64,000 bases of DNA from Sphingobium sp. (GCA_020446425.1 JAGRES010000011.1:9484-73483); one strand, 5' to 3'. Numbered from the stretch's first letter, positions 45,741 to 55,259 are shown. Made by a program: numbers and translations. Notes: generated from the sequence alone by a model not told the origin.

Positions 45741-46487
45741 ATGGCTGATGAAAACACCAATGGCGCCAACACGGGCGAAGGCACCCAGCCCGAAGCAACT
45801 GCGGCTCCTGAAACCACCAATCAGGAAGTAGCCCAGCCGGAAGAAAATACCCGCGCTCCACGCCGTGGCCGTGGCGGACGGGATCGTGACGGGGGCGGCC
45901 GTGGCCGTGGCCGTCGTGACGACCGTCGTGGCAACCGCGATGAGGAACAGGGTGAGGAGCTGATCGAAAAGCTGGTCCACATCAACCGTGTTTCCAAGAC
46001 GGTAAAGGGTGGTAAGCGCTTCGGTTTCGCTGCGCTCGTCGTCGTTGGCGACGGCAAGGGCCGCGTTGGCTTCGGCCATGGCAAGGCCCGCGAAGTCCCC
46101 GAGGCGATCAGCAAGGCAACTGCTTCTGCCAAGAAGAAGATGGTTCGCGTTCCGCTGCGTGAAGGCCGTACGCTGCACCATGATGGCCGCGGTGTTTTCG
46201 GCGCGGGCAATGTGACCGTCCGCTCGGCGCCCGCCGGTACCGGCATCATCGCCGGTGGTCCGATGCGCGCCGTGTTCGAAAGCCTTGGCGTTGCCGACGT
46301 TGTGACCAAGTCGGTCGGTACGTCGAACCCCTATAACATGATCCGTGCAACCTTCGAGGCGCTGACTGACCAGTCCAGCCCGAAAGCAGTGGCCCAGCGC
46401 CGCGGCAAGAAGGTAGCGGACCTGCTGCGCCGTGGCGGCGCTTCGGCGGAAGTCGCCGAAGCCGACGCGGAAGCGATTGCGGAGTAA
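45741..46487 (+). CDS. rpsE: 30S ribosomal protein S5 with a long RGG-rich N-terminal extension
   Basis: The core is [49 protein letters not shown]. It is preceded by about 70 aa of acidic then RGRGG-rich sequence. Start at ATG 45741. Confidence 0.93.
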   Translation: MADENTNGANTGEGTQPEATAAPETTNQEVAQPEENTRAPRRGRGGRDRDGGGRGRGRRDDRRGNRDEEQGEELIEKLVHINRVSKTVKGGKRFGFAALVVVGDGKGRVGFGHGKAREVPEAISKATASAKKKMVRVPLREGRTLHHDGRGVFGAGNVTVRSAPAGTGIIAGGPMRAVFESLGVADVVTKSVGTSNPYNMIRATFEALTDQSSPKAVAQRRGKKVADLLRRGGASAEVAEADAEAIAE

Positions 46488-46493
46488 AGAACG

Positions 46494-46685
46494 ATGGCGA
46501 AGGCAAAGAGCAGCACCATCAAGATCAAGCAGGTCGGTTCGCCGATCCGCCGTCCCGAAGCCCAGAAGAAGATTCTCATCGGTCTGGGTCTCGGCAAGAT
46601 GCACCGTGAAGTGGAAGTACAGGACACGCCGGAAGTACGCGGCGCGATCCGGAAGCTGCCACATCTGGTGCAGATCGTAGACTGA
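46494..46685 (+). CDS. rpmD: 50S ribosomal protein L30
   Basis: [36 protein letters not shown]... Confidence 0.95.
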   Translation: MAKAKSSTIKIKQVGSPIRRPEAQKKILIGLGLGKMHREVEVQDTPEVRGAIRKLPHLVQIVD

Positions 46686-46721
46686 TTTCATCCGCCCGAT
46701 TCCGGGTGGACGAAAGGAGCA

Positions 46722-46751
46722 GGGGCGGCTATTCGCTGCCCCTTCTATTTT
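46722..46751 (+). terminator. terminator-like hairpin between rpmD and rplO
   Basis: GGGGCGGC-tattc-GCTGCCCC (one G-U pair) followed by TTCTATTTT. Confidence 0.45.
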
Positions 46752-46784
46752 CCAGCGCGAACATAGCGAAAGCGAGTGCAAGAT

Positions 46785-47321
46785 ATGAAACTGAACGAAC
46801 TCAACGATAATGCAGGCGCCCGCAAGGGCCGTATGCGCGTCGGCCGTGGTATCGGCTCGGGCAAGGGCAAGACTGCCGGTCGCGGCCAGAAGGGTGCGAA
46901 ATCGCGCTCGGGCGTTTCCATCAACGGCTTTGAGGGCGGCCAGATGCCGCTGCACATGCGTCTGCCGAAGCGTGGCTTCAACAACATCTTCGCCAAGGAT
47001 TACGCCATCGTGAACCTCGGCGCGATCCAGAAGGCCGTTGACGCGAAGAAGCTCGACGCCAAGGGCACCATCGACCATGCAGCGCTGAAGGCTGCAGGCC
47101 TCGCCCGTGGCGGCAAGGATGGCGTTCGTTTGCTCGGCAAGGGCGAGCTCAAGACGAAGCTCAGCTTCACCGTCGCCGGCGCATCCAAGGGTGCGATCGA
47201 GGCCGTCGAAAAGGCAGGTGGCAAGGTTGAGGTGATCGAGGTCGTCAGCGCAGCCGACAAGGCCGCCGCCAAGAAGGGCAAGGGCGCACCGAGCAAGGGC
47301 CGCGAGAAAGCCAAGGCCTGA
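46785..47321 (+). CDS. rplO: 50S ribosomal protein L15
   Basis: [34 protein letters not shown]... Start at ATG 46785. Confidence 0.96.
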   Translation: MKLNELNDNAGARKGRMRVGRGIGSGKGKTAGRGQKGAKSRSGVSINGFEGGQMPLHMRLPKRGFNNIFAKDYAIVNLGAIQKAVDAKKLDAKGTIDHAALKAAGLARGGKDGVRLLGKGELKTKLSFTVAGASKGAIEAVEKAGGKVEVIEVVSAADKAAAKKGKGAPSKGREKAKA

Positions 47322-47345
47322 TCGCCGACCAGAACCAATAAGAAG

Positions 47346-47384
47346 ACCCCGCTGCCCGCAAGGGAAGGCGGGGTTTCCTTTTTC
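47346..47384 (+). terminator. terminator-like hairpin between rplO and secY
   Basis: ACCCCGC-15 nt-GCGGGGT followed by TTCCTTTTTC. Confidence 0.55.
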
Positions 47385-47554
47385 GGGACCCGCTCCGGTC
47401 TGCATCCCCCTTGCGTTATTGCCCGCAAATCGCCAACTGGACGGAACGGGGAATCGCCAAGCGCACCATGGCCGGTTCACAGGAGCCATATTAGCGGCTA
47501 AGGGACATTTTTCGCGCTCGTCCGGGCGTATGGATTTGAAGGTATATCAAGGCA

Positions 47555-48919
47555 ATGGCATCACGCGCCGATCAGCTTGCATCCAACCTCAGCCTTGCGA
47601 AACTCTCGCAGGCGACGGAACTCAAGAAGCGCCTGTGGTTCACGCTGGGCGCGCTTGTCGTGTTCCGTTTCCTCAGCTTCGTGCCGCTGCCGGGCATTGA
47701 CCCGACCGTGCTGTCGCGCCTTTACGCGCAGACGCAGGGCGGCGTGCTGGACATCTTCAATACCTTCTCCGGCGGTTCGCTGGAGCGTATGAGCCTGATC
47801 GCACTGGGCGTGATGCCTTATATCACTGCGTCGATTGTCGTGCAGCTCGCCGCTGCGCTGCATCCCACGCTCGCGGCGCTCAAGAAAGAGGGCGAAAGCG
47901 GGCGCAAGAAGCTCAACCAATATACACGATACGGCACCGTTGGCCTGACAGCGGTTCAGGGCTATTTCATCGCCGTCGGCCTCGAAAGCTTCGGTGCGGC
48001 GCAGGGCATGCAGGCGGTCGTGGAACCCGGCATGCTGTTCCGTGTTGCGGCGGTCGTCTCGCTGATCGGCGGTACGATGTTCCTGATGTGGCTGGGTGAG
48101 CAGATCACATCGCGCGGCATCGGCAATGGCGTGTCGCTCATCATCATGGCCGGCATCGTCGCGCAGCTTCCCGTCACATTGAGCAACCTGTTCCAGTCGG
48201 GCCGGGAAGGCTCGATCTCCGGTCTGCTGATCCTTGGTGTGGTCATCATGGCGCTGGGTCTCATCGCCTTTATCTGCTTCATGGAGCGGGCGCAGCGCCG
48301 CGTGCTGATCCAGTACCCCAAGCGCCAGACGCGTCAGGGGCTGATGCAGGCGGACCGCAGCCATTTGCCGCTCAAGGTCAACACCGCGGGCGTCATTCCG
48401 CCGATCTTCGCCAGCTCATTGTTGCTGATGCCGCTGACGGTCTCGCGCTTTGCCGGTAATCAGGTGGCGGGCGAGAGCGCATGGGGCGATTTCGTGCTGA
48501 CGCTCAACCAGTATCTCAGCCACGGTAGCCCGGTTTATATGCTGCTCTATGGCGCGGGCATCGTGTTCTTCTGTTTCTTCTACACCGCTCTGGTGTTCAA
48601 CCCGGAAGAGACCGCTGAAAACCTCAAGAAAAATGGCGGCTTCATTCCCGGCATCCGTCCGGGCAAGAACACCGAGAATTATCTCGATTATGTGCTGACC
48701 CGCATCACTGTGATCGGCGCAGCCTATCTGGCGCTGATCTGCCTTATTCCCGAATATGCGATATCTCAGGCGGGGATACCATTCTACCTTGGTGGTACTA
48801 GCCTGCTGATCGTCGTCAATGTAACGGTGGATACGGTGACGCAGATTCAAAGCCATCTGCTGGCGCACCAATATGGCGATCTGATCAAGAAAGCCCGGCT
48901 TAAAGGACGTATGCGCTGA
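47555..48919 (+). CDS. secY: preprotein translocase subunit SecY
   Basis: 454 aa, 10 TM helices. ELKKRLWFTLGALVVFRFLSFVPLPGID... is typical SecY. Confidence 0.97.
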   Translation: MASRADQLASNLSLAKLSQATELKKRLWFTLGALVVFRFLSFVPLPGIDPTVLSRLYAQTQGGVLDIFNTFSGGSLERMSLIALGVMPYITASIVVQLAAALHPTLAALKKEGESGRKKLNQYTRYGTVGLTAVQGYFIAVGLESFGAAQGMQAVVEPGMLFRVAAVVSLIGGTMFLMWLGEQITSRGIGNGVSLIIMAGIVAQLPVTLSNLFQSGREGSISGLLILGVVIMALGLIAFICFMERAQRRVLIQYPKRQTRQGLMQADRSHLPLKVNTAGVIPPIFASSLLLMPLTVSRFAGNQVAGESAWGDFVLTLNQYLSHGSPVYMLLYGAGIVFFCFFYTALVFNPEETAENLKKNGGFIPGIRPGKNTENYLDYVLTRITVIGAAYLALICLIPEYAISQAGIPFYLGGTSLLIVVNVTVDTVTQIQSHLLAHQYGDLIKKARLKGRMR

Positions 48920-48958
48920 CCCGCTGCACCAGGGGAGGCAATTGAACAGGGGACAGAT

Positions 48959-49606
48959 ATGAATATCATTTTGTTGGGGCCGCCGGGTGCGGGCAAGGGC
49001 ACGCAGGCGGCGCGTCTGGTTGAAAATCGGGGAATGGTGCAGCTTTCCACCGGTGACATGTTACGTGCGGCGGTGAAGGCGGGAACGCCTGTCGGCTTGC
49101 AGGCGAAGGCGGTAATGGAATCCGGCGGGCTGGTGTCGGACGAGATTGTGTCCGGTATTATCGGTGAGGCACTGGATGCGCTCAAATCCGATACTGGCGT
49201 GATCTTCGACGGTTATCCGCGCACCGAGGCTCAGGCGCACTCGCTTGATGAGTTGCTGGCTTCGCGGCATCGCAAGCTGCATCATGTCATCGAGCTTGAG
49301 GTCAATGAGGATGCGCTGGTCGAGCGCATTACCGGCCGCTTCACCTGCGCGACTTGCGGCGAAGGCTATCACGACACGTTCAAGCAGCCCAAGGCCAACG
49401 GCGTATGCGACAAATGCGGCGGCAAGGAATTCAAGCGCCGCGCCGATGACAATGAGGAAACGGTGCGTACCCGCATGGCGGAATATCGTGCCAAGACCGC
49501 GCCCATCCTGCCGATCTACGAAGCGCGCGGCATCGTGTCCCGCGTCGATGGCATGGCCGACATGGGTGATGTGACGGAAGCGATAAGCGCTATTCTCGAC
49601 GCATGA
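48959..49606 (+). CDS. adk: adenylate kinase (zinc-lid type)
   Basis: MNIILLGPPGAGKGTQA (P-loop). The lid has CATC...CDKCG. Confidence 0.97.
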   Translation: MNIILLGPPGAGKGTQAARLVENRGMVQLSTGDMLRAAVKAGTPVGLQAKAVMESGGLVSDEIVSGIIGEALDALKSDTGVIFDGYPRTEAQAHSLDELLASRHRKLHHVIELEVNEDALVERITGRFTCATCGEGYHDTFKQPKANGVCDKCGGKEFKRRADDNEETVRTRMAEYRAKTAPILPIYEARGIVSRVDGMADMGDVTEAISAILDA

Positions 49607-49694
49607 TGGCGGCGGGAGTGACCAGCTCCCGCTTCCCGCTTGATCCCGATAGCTTCACCGCTATCCTGTCCGTATTGCAGGACGGGAGGGCTGA

Positions 49695-50249
49695 ATGACT
49701 CGTTTCTCATGGTGTGCCGCCATGGTGCTGGCGTTGATACCGTTTGGCTTTCCTGCCGCCGCGCAGGCGAAAATCCTGTCCTCCTCGGATGCGGGATTTG
49801 CCGTTGCTCATGAGGCGACTGTACAGGCCAAGCCGGAGGAAATATGGGCGGCGATGATCGAACCCGCCAAATGGTGGTCCGGCGCGCATAGCTGGTCCGG
49901 CAAGGCGGAAAACTTTTTCCTGACGGTTCAGCCCGGAGGCTGTTTCTGCGAAGCCCTGCCCGATGGCGGTTTCGCTGAACATGCCCGCGTGATCTACGCC
50001 CAGCCCAGTCATATGCTGCGCCTGTCCGGCGCGCTGGGGCCGCTTCAGTCCGAGGCTCTGACCGGTACGCTCAGCATCGAAATAAAGCCCGCCGATGGTG
50101 GCACCCGGATCAGCTTTCATTATGTCGTGGGCGGATATGCGCGTTTCGATCTGGTTGGTTTTGCAGGGGCCGTCGATGGTGTGATCGGGGAACAGCATGC
50201 GCGCCTGACCAGGCTGGTCTCGACCAGTAGTGCGGACCCAGCGAAATGA
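49695..50249 (+). CDS. secreted SRPBCC-fold protein
   Basis: Signal peptide MTRFSWCAAMVLALIPFGFPAAAQA, followed by a START/Aha1-like pattern (PEEIWAAMIEPAKWW). Confidence 0.65.
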   Translation: MTRFSWCAAMVLALIPFGFPAAAQAKILSSSDAGFAVAHEATVQAKPEEIWAAMIEPAKWWSGAHSWSGKAENFFLTVQPGGCFCEALPDGGFAEHARVIYAQPSHMLRLSGALGPLQSEALTGTLSIEIKPADGGTRISFHYVVGGYARFDLVGFAGAVDGVIGEQHARLTRLVSTSSADPAK

Positions 50250-50273
50250 GCCTCGAGCTATTCGGCAGCGGCA

Positions 50274-50936
50274 ATGGTACGGCTTGACCGGCGCGCGCGG
50301 GCGCTCGCACTATGTCTTGCGGCTCTGGCCGGATATGTCGACGCCATCGGTTTCATCCAGGTGGGCGGCTTCTTCGTTTCGTTCATGAGCGGCAACAGCA
50401 CGCGGCTTGCCGTTGGGGTGATGAGCGATGCCAAGGACTGGATGATTGCGGCGGGGCTGATCGCCGCTTTCTTCATCGGCGTAATTGCCGGGTCGCTGAC
50501 CGGGCGTAAGATTAAGCGCAGGCACCGCGCCGTTCTGGCGGTAGTGACGATTGCTCTCCTTGTGGCGGCGGGGATGGCCGAGACCGGTTTCCTGATGGTT
50601 TCGGCATGGGCGCTGGCCTTTGCGATGGGTGCGGAAAATGCGACCTTCGAACGCGACGGCGAGGTGCTGGTCGCGCTGACCTATATGACCGGCACCTTCG
50701 TTAAGGCGGGGCAAAGGATCGCGGCGGCACTGGCGGGCGACGCCGATAAATATGCGTGGATACCTCATATGCTGTTGTGGCTGGCGTTGATCGCCGGGGC
50801 CGTCATAGGCGCGGCGATGCAGGTGCAGTTTGGCACGTTGTCCCTCTGGTGTGCGGCGGGTGTCGCCGCAGCCTGTTTTCTGGCAGCTGGCGTGCTCGAT
50901 ACTCAGCGCGCCGTGAGTACCGCGCCCCAGGCATAA
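50274..50936 (+). CDS. YoaK-family (DUF1275) membrane protein
   Basis: LAALAGYVDAIGFIQVGGFFVSFMSGNSTRLAVGV is the DUF1275 signature. Confidence 0.8.
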   Translation: MVRLDRRARALALCLAALAGYVDAIGFIQVGGFFVSFMSGNSTRLAVGVMSDAKDWMIAAGLIAAFFIGVIAGSLTGRKIKRRHRAVLAVVTIALLVAAGMAETGFLMVSAWALAFAMGAENATFERDGEVLVALTYMTGTFVKAGQRIAAALAGDADKYAWIPHMLLWLALIAGAVIGAAMQVQFGTLSLWCAAGVAAACFLAAGVLDTQRAVSTAPQA

Positions 50937-51565
50937 CCGCGATAGAGCGGCGTAAAGTCCAATGCGAGATCATGCCTTTGCGCCAGTTCTTCCAGCACAG
51001 CGGGCAGGGCGGCGCGCGGCGTTACGTGAAACTGCTGCAACCATGTGATCAGCACCGATTTGAACCAGCGCGGCAGCCGCTCCTGCTGGCCGAAATCGAC
51101 AATATGAAGCTTGCCGCCGGGAGCAAGCGCACCCGCTGCTTCTTCCAGTGCCAGCTCCCACGCCGGGATCATCGAGAGGGTATAAGACATGAATATCCGG
51201 TCGAACCGTTTGTCCGCAAACGCATCGTTGGCCGTGAAAGTACAGGCATCGGCCTGAGCCAAACCAATATGCCGCGCATATCCGCCGCGCGCGATGGATG
51301 CATGGGCGGTTTCCAGCATCGCCGTGCTGATATCCAGTCCGGTGAAGCTGGCTTTGGGCCAGCGGCGTGCGGCAGCGATCAGGTTCCGCCCGGTGCCGCA
51401 TCCAATTTCGAGCACCTGACATCCGGTACCGGCGTTCAACTCTTCGATCAGCCGATCACGACCCAGTAGATAATATTTGCGCGTCAGGTCATAGAAATGA
51501 CGCTGGATGCGGTAGACGCCATCCATTCGCTCGGCATGGCTATTCGCGGCTATCGCGCCGCTCAT
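50903..51565 (-). CDS. btaB: class I SAM-dependent methyltransferase, BtaB-like (DGTS betaine-lipid synthesis)
   Basis: VLEIGCGTGRNL (SAM motif I). ATGA overlap with the upstream DUF3419/BtaA-like gene. Confidence 0.7.
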   Translation of the reverse strand: MSGAIAANSHAERMDGVYRIQRHFYDLTRKYYLLGRDRLIEELNAGTGCQVLEIGCGTGRNLIAAARRWPKASFTGLDISTAMLETAHASIARGGYARHIGLAQADACTFTANDAFADKRFDRIFMSYTLSMIPAWELALEEAAGALAPGGKLHIVDFGQQERLPRWFKSVLITWLQQFHVTPRAALPAVLEELAQRHDLALDFTPLYRGYAWGAVLTAR

Positions 51566-52803
51566 TGTGCTTTGCGGATATAGAGATGGAAACCGCCATA
51601 GATGGCGGAGCGGTCGCGCCGTGTATAATCGTGTGAACGCGCTTCCTCATACTGCCATTGCGACAGGGTTTCGTCCGCAACGCGCCCGGGCAGCAGGCTT
51701 AGCGCGGCGGCGGTGCGGAATATGACGCGCGCGCCGGGGCGGCTGGTGCGCGTTATCTCGCTCCACAAGCGATTGAGCTGCGCATCGGTCATCCAGTCCT
51801 GTGCGTCGAGCAATATATAACGGTCGAAGCTGCCGGTGGGATGTTCGCCGAGATAATCCGCGAAGTTGCAGTGATGGATGCTGGCGCGGTCAAGATTGCC
51901 GGTCAGCGCATCATAGCGCGACGCTTGCAGATAGGGCGGCAGCGAGGCATCCGCATCAAGAGCGTAACCGCGCCCGAATGCCTGCTGCGCGAAATAATTG
52001 TCGCGAATGTCGAAATCGCAGGCCAGTTTTTCCAGCCGCTGCTTGAGTACGTCCGACATGCCGCGCGCCTCGCCCTCGCACAGCGCGTCATATTGGGCGG
52101 GCGGAATGCCCAGGCCAAAGAGCGAGGCGGGTTGCCGCGTCAGCCAGCGAACGAACTTGCGGTCGAATAGCGGCGCCAGGCGCTGTTCGAAAATTGCGCG
52201 CTGTTCATCGACGGAGCGCGCGGCAAGCAACTCGCGCGGATTGATACGATAGAGTTTCGCAACGACATGCGCGGCGGAGATGAACTGGCCCAGCAGGCCA
52301 CGCGCATAGACATTCTTGGCAAAGGCGTTGATGCGCTTGCGCCCGACGAGATCGCGGCCTTCCCAATAGCGGATGGTGACATCGTCCAGATGCGGGCGGA
52401 GATAGACATTATACGCGTCGATATTGCCGCGCTGCCCCGACTGGGCGAAGAAACGGTGAAAGCTCGCATGATCCGGCAGATGGCGGGCCGCCGCGAGCTT
52501 GAGCTTGCCAAGCGCGACATGGGCGGTGTTGAGATCGACCGCATGCAGTGAATTGGGGTCGGCCGTCAGATAGGACAGCATGTTGCAGCCGCCGCTGGCG
52601 ATGGTCACGATGTCGCTCGTGCTGTCCAGCTCCATCGCTTCCATGTCGATGACCGGATCTTCCCATATCTGGGCATAGACCATACCGCGAAAGGCGAAGG
52701 TGAATGCGCGCTCCATCAGGCCTTTGCGCGTCATATTGTCGTTCTGGAAAACCGCCTGACCAACGGCGCGCGCGGTTTGCGTGCTGTGACTGGAACCGAT
52801 CAT
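51562..52803 (-). CDS. btaA: DUF3419 / BtaA-like S-adenosylmethionine:diacylglycerol 3-amino-3-carboxypropyl transferase
   Basis: The YAQIWEDPVIDMEAMEL...IASGGCNMLSYL...AVDLNTAHVAL pattern is typical of DUF3419. Start chosen at ATG 52803, which has AGGGGTG upstream. The track ORF extends to GTG 52917, which has no SD. Confidence 0.7.
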   Translation of the reverse strand: MIGSSHSTQTARAVGQAVFQNDNMTRKGLMERAFTFAFRGMVYAQIWEDPVIDMEAMELDSTSDIVTIASGGCNMLSYLTADPNSLHAVDLNTAHVALGKLKLAAARHLPDHASFHRFFAQSGQRGNIDAYNVYLRPHLDDVTIRYWEGRDLVGRKRINAFAKNVYARGLLGQFISAAHVVAKLYRINPRELLAARSVDEQRAIFEQRLAPLFDRKFVRWLTRQPASLFGLGIPPAQYDALCEGEARGMSDVLKQRLEKLACDFDIRDNYFAQQAFGRGYALDADASLPPYLQASRYDALTGNLDRASIHHCNFADYLGEHPTGSFDRYILLDAQDWMTDAQLNRLWSEITRTSRPGARVIFRTAAALSLLPGRVADETLSQWQYEEARSHDYTRRDRSAIYGGFHLYIRKAQ

Positions 52804-52963
52804 GTCACCCCTAACCCATCGAACCATGATGTGTCCCGCTAGTTGAGCGATGTGACGGGCCGATGAAGCTTTGATGTCGTTTTTATGAGCGGCGCATGTA
52901 ATTTCGGATGGCGGCACGCTGATATTTACGTGTGTTTTAACCGGAATCGGCTATTGCGCGTCA

Positions 52964-54040
52964 ATGACAACAGAGCTGCGTCCGGGTGAGTCGCCATTGC
53001 GCCGCCCAAAAGGTCGTTTGGTGGAACTGGACGCGCTTCGCGGCATAGGAGCCATTGCTGTTGTTCTCTACCATTTAACCACACGTTTTCCGGAGATTTT
53101 CCCGAAGGCTGACGCCGTTCCCTTTCGATTTTGGGAGGGGGAATATCGCGTGCTGCTGTTTTTCGCGATTTCCGGTTTCGCGATCTTTTTCTCGCTGGAG
53201 CGGATCGCGAGCCTATCGGATTTTGCGGTCAATCGCTTCTCACGGCTGTTTCCCGCCTATTGGGTGGCGATTATACTGACACTGAGCTTTGAATATCTGG
53301 GGCATGTCGATGCGCTCATGATTCCGCCGCTCAGCATTCTGGCCAATATAACGATGCTGCAGGGGTTCCTTTATCTGCCTGCCGTCGATGGTGTGTACTG
53401 GACGCTTACGGTTGAGCTGGGTTTTTATGCCTGCATGGTCGGTCTTTGGATGTTGCTGGGGAAGGGTATGCACCGCCTGGAGTTGCTGCTATTGCCCTGG
53501 CTGGCGCTCAAATGGCTGATGTTTTACTGGGTCGATATGCCCTCGCGCATTGCGATGCTGCTGGTGCTTCAGTTCCTGCCCTTCTTCATTATCGGCATGC
53601 TCTATTATCGCATCTGGTCGGGTCAGCGCGACTGGGTGGAACAGCTGCCCTATTTCGCGGCGGCTTTGCTGACGGTACTGGGTACCGACGGACATGACTT
53701 TTTCTATGTGGCGTGCGCTCTTGTCGTCATTTTTGCAGCGAGCTTGGGCGGCGCGCTACGTTTTCTGTGCGTGAGGCCGATATTATGGTTCGGCGCGATC
53801 AGCTATCCGCTCTATCTCGTCCATGAAAATATCGGATTCGTTATCATGCTGAAGGCGCAGGCCCTGCATATGAATCATTGGGCCGGGTTCGCCAGCGCGC
53901 TCGGCGTGGTGACGCTGCTGGGTTGGCTGCTGCATGAATATGTCGAGCTGCCCGCCGCGCGGCGCATAGCGCGGTGGTGGAGGGATTGTAAGGCGCGGCG
54001 GCCCATCGACCCGATGGATGGCGCCATGGGTGCCGCTTGA
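52964..54040 (+). CDS. acyltransferase-3 family membrane protein
   Basis: LDALRGIGAIAVVLYHL... and ISYPLYLVHENIG, about 10 TM helices. Confidence 0.82.
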   Translation: MTTELRPGESPLRRPKGRLVELDALRGIGAIAVVLYHLTTRFPEIFPKADAVPFRFWEGEYRVLLFFAISGFAIFFSLERIASLSDFAVNRFSRLFPAYWVAIILTLSFEYLGHVDALMIPPLSILANITMLQGFLYLPAVDGVYWTLTVELGFYACMVGLWMLLGKGMHRLELLLLPWLALKWLMFYWVDMPSRIAMLLVLQFLPFFIIGMLYYRIWSGQRDWVEQLPYFAAALLTVLGTDGHDFFYVACALVVIFAASLGGALRFLCVRPILWFGAISYPLYLVHENIGFVIMLKAQALHMNHWAGFASALGVVTLLGWLLHEYVELPAARRIARWWRDCKARRPIDPMDGAMGAA

Positions 54041-54052
54041 CCGGACGGAGAG

Positions 54053-54487
54053 TCAGGCGCGGAGTACGGAAGAGGGGATGCGCGGGATGTCGGCGCGGTG
54101 GCCGCGCTGGTACGCGACTTCCTTGATCATGCCCAGCAGTTCGTCCGCCTGAGCGATCATGCGCGATTTGTTGAAGCAACCGGCGGCGCCCTTGTCTATT
54201 GCCTCGACGCGCAGCTCGGACCCCTCGCGCATCAGTGACGACAGCATGATAACCGGGCGCGGTTCCTTTTTCATGATCCTTTCCAGCACGGCCATGCCAT
54301 CCATGCCAGGCATGGCGATATCCAGGGTCACGACATCGGGATCGGTTTCCTTGATGAGCTGGAAGGTTTCTTCCGCATTGCTGGCGATGCCGACGAGACG
54401 CAAAGACGGATCACGCTCCAGCAATACCTCTAGCATTGCACGGATTGTGACCGAGTCGTCGACCACCAGAATCGTAGTATATCGCAT
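54053..54487 (-). CDS. stand-alone response-regulator receiver, CheB-N-terminal-like (144 aa)
   Basis: ILVVDDSVTIRAMLEVLL...PDVVTLDIAMPGMDGMAVLERIM...VIMLSSL closely follows the CheB receiver pattern, but no methylesterase domain follows. GGAGAA SD before ATG 54487. The longer track ORF is antisense to rpsM. Confidence 0.8.
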   Translation of the reverse strand: MRYTTILVVDDSVTIRAMLEVLLERDPSLRLVGIASNAEETFQLIKETDPDVVTLDIAMPGMDGMAVLERIMKKEPRPVIMLSSLMREGSELRVEAIDKGAAGCFNKSRMIAQADELLGMIKEVAYQRGHRADIPRIPSSVLRA

Positions 54488-54583
54488 CAAGTTCTCCGGC
54501 GTTCCGCAGCGAACCTTTATAATTACGGAACTGAACGGACATATTGCTATATTTTGGTTAATCCAAAGTGAAAGCAAGTCCGC

Positions 54584-54612
54584 TTGACACAATGAATTCG
54601 ACTCGATAAGCA
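54584..54612 (+). promoter_or_regulatory. candidate sigma-70 promoter for rpsM-rpsK-rpoA-rplQ
   Basis: TTGACA (54584-54589), then GATAAGCA 15-17 nt downstream. About 180 nt upstream of rpsM. Confidence 0.3.
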
Positions 54613-54790
54613 CCGCGGCTTCCGAGATACCGAACAGTCGGCGGCGCTCGATATTGGGCGTGTGCCGTGTTTTGCGTTTCGGAGTATCGTATGCCGCAGG
54701 ATGCTGCACCTTTATGCAGCCGTTCACGCGGTTTGACGCTTTGAGATAGGGTGAACGCCAAACGCCCTGTGGAGCAGGAGTATATAGTAT

Positions 54791-55159
54791 ATGGCACGTA
54801 TTGCGGGCGTTAACATCCCGACAAACAAGCGCGTGATCATCGCGCTTACCTACATTCATGGCATTGGCCGTAAAACCGCAGTCGATATCGCCAACAAGCT
54901 GGGCATCGACCACAGCCGTCGCGTACAGGATCTCTCGGACGCCGAAGTGCTCCAAATTCGTGAGGCGATTGACGCGGGTCATACGGTGGAAGGCGACCTT
55001 CGCCGCGACACCGCGATGAACATCAAGCGTTTGATGGACCTCGCCTGCTATCGCGGCCTGCGTCACCGCAAGGGCCTGCCGGTTCGCGGACAGCGCACGC
55101 ATACCAATGCGCGCACCCGCAAGGGCAAAGCCAAGCCGATCGCGGGCAAGAAAAAGTAA
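54791..55159 (+). CDS. rpsM: 30S ribosomal protein S13
   Basis: [26 protein letters not shown]... Confidence 0.97.
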   Translation: MARIAGVNIPTNKRVIIALTYIHGIGRKTAVDIANKLGIDHSRRVQDLSDAEVLQIREAIDAGHTVEGDLRRDTAMNIKRLMDLACYRGLRHRKGLPVRGQRTHTNARTRKGKAKPIAGKKK

Positions 55160-55259
55160 GGATTTCGTCCGGGGGACGGAATTCGCTTTTTCTCCGCCGG
55201 AGGCCGCTCTTATCGGGCACCCCCTCCGTCACACCAGTTTCTGAAGTAGGATAAAGAAT

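Noticed and set aside
49607-49694. Hairpin GCGGGAG-tgaccag-CTCCCGC after adk as a terminator.
   Set aside because: No U-tract follows it, so it was not annotated.
52829-52856. Direct repeats ATGTGTC and ATGTGAC, 21 bp apart, upstream of btaA as a possible Pho box. DGTS genes are phosphate-regulated elsewhere.
   Set aside because: The repeats match CTGTCAT poorly, and the 21-bp spacing does not fit the 11-bp Pho-box periodicity.
54488-55102. An N-terminal 205-aa extension of the receiver ORF (track ORF 54053-55102).
   Set aside because: The extension runs antisense through rpsM and its leader. The receiver domain starts at an ATG with a GGAGAA SD at 54487.
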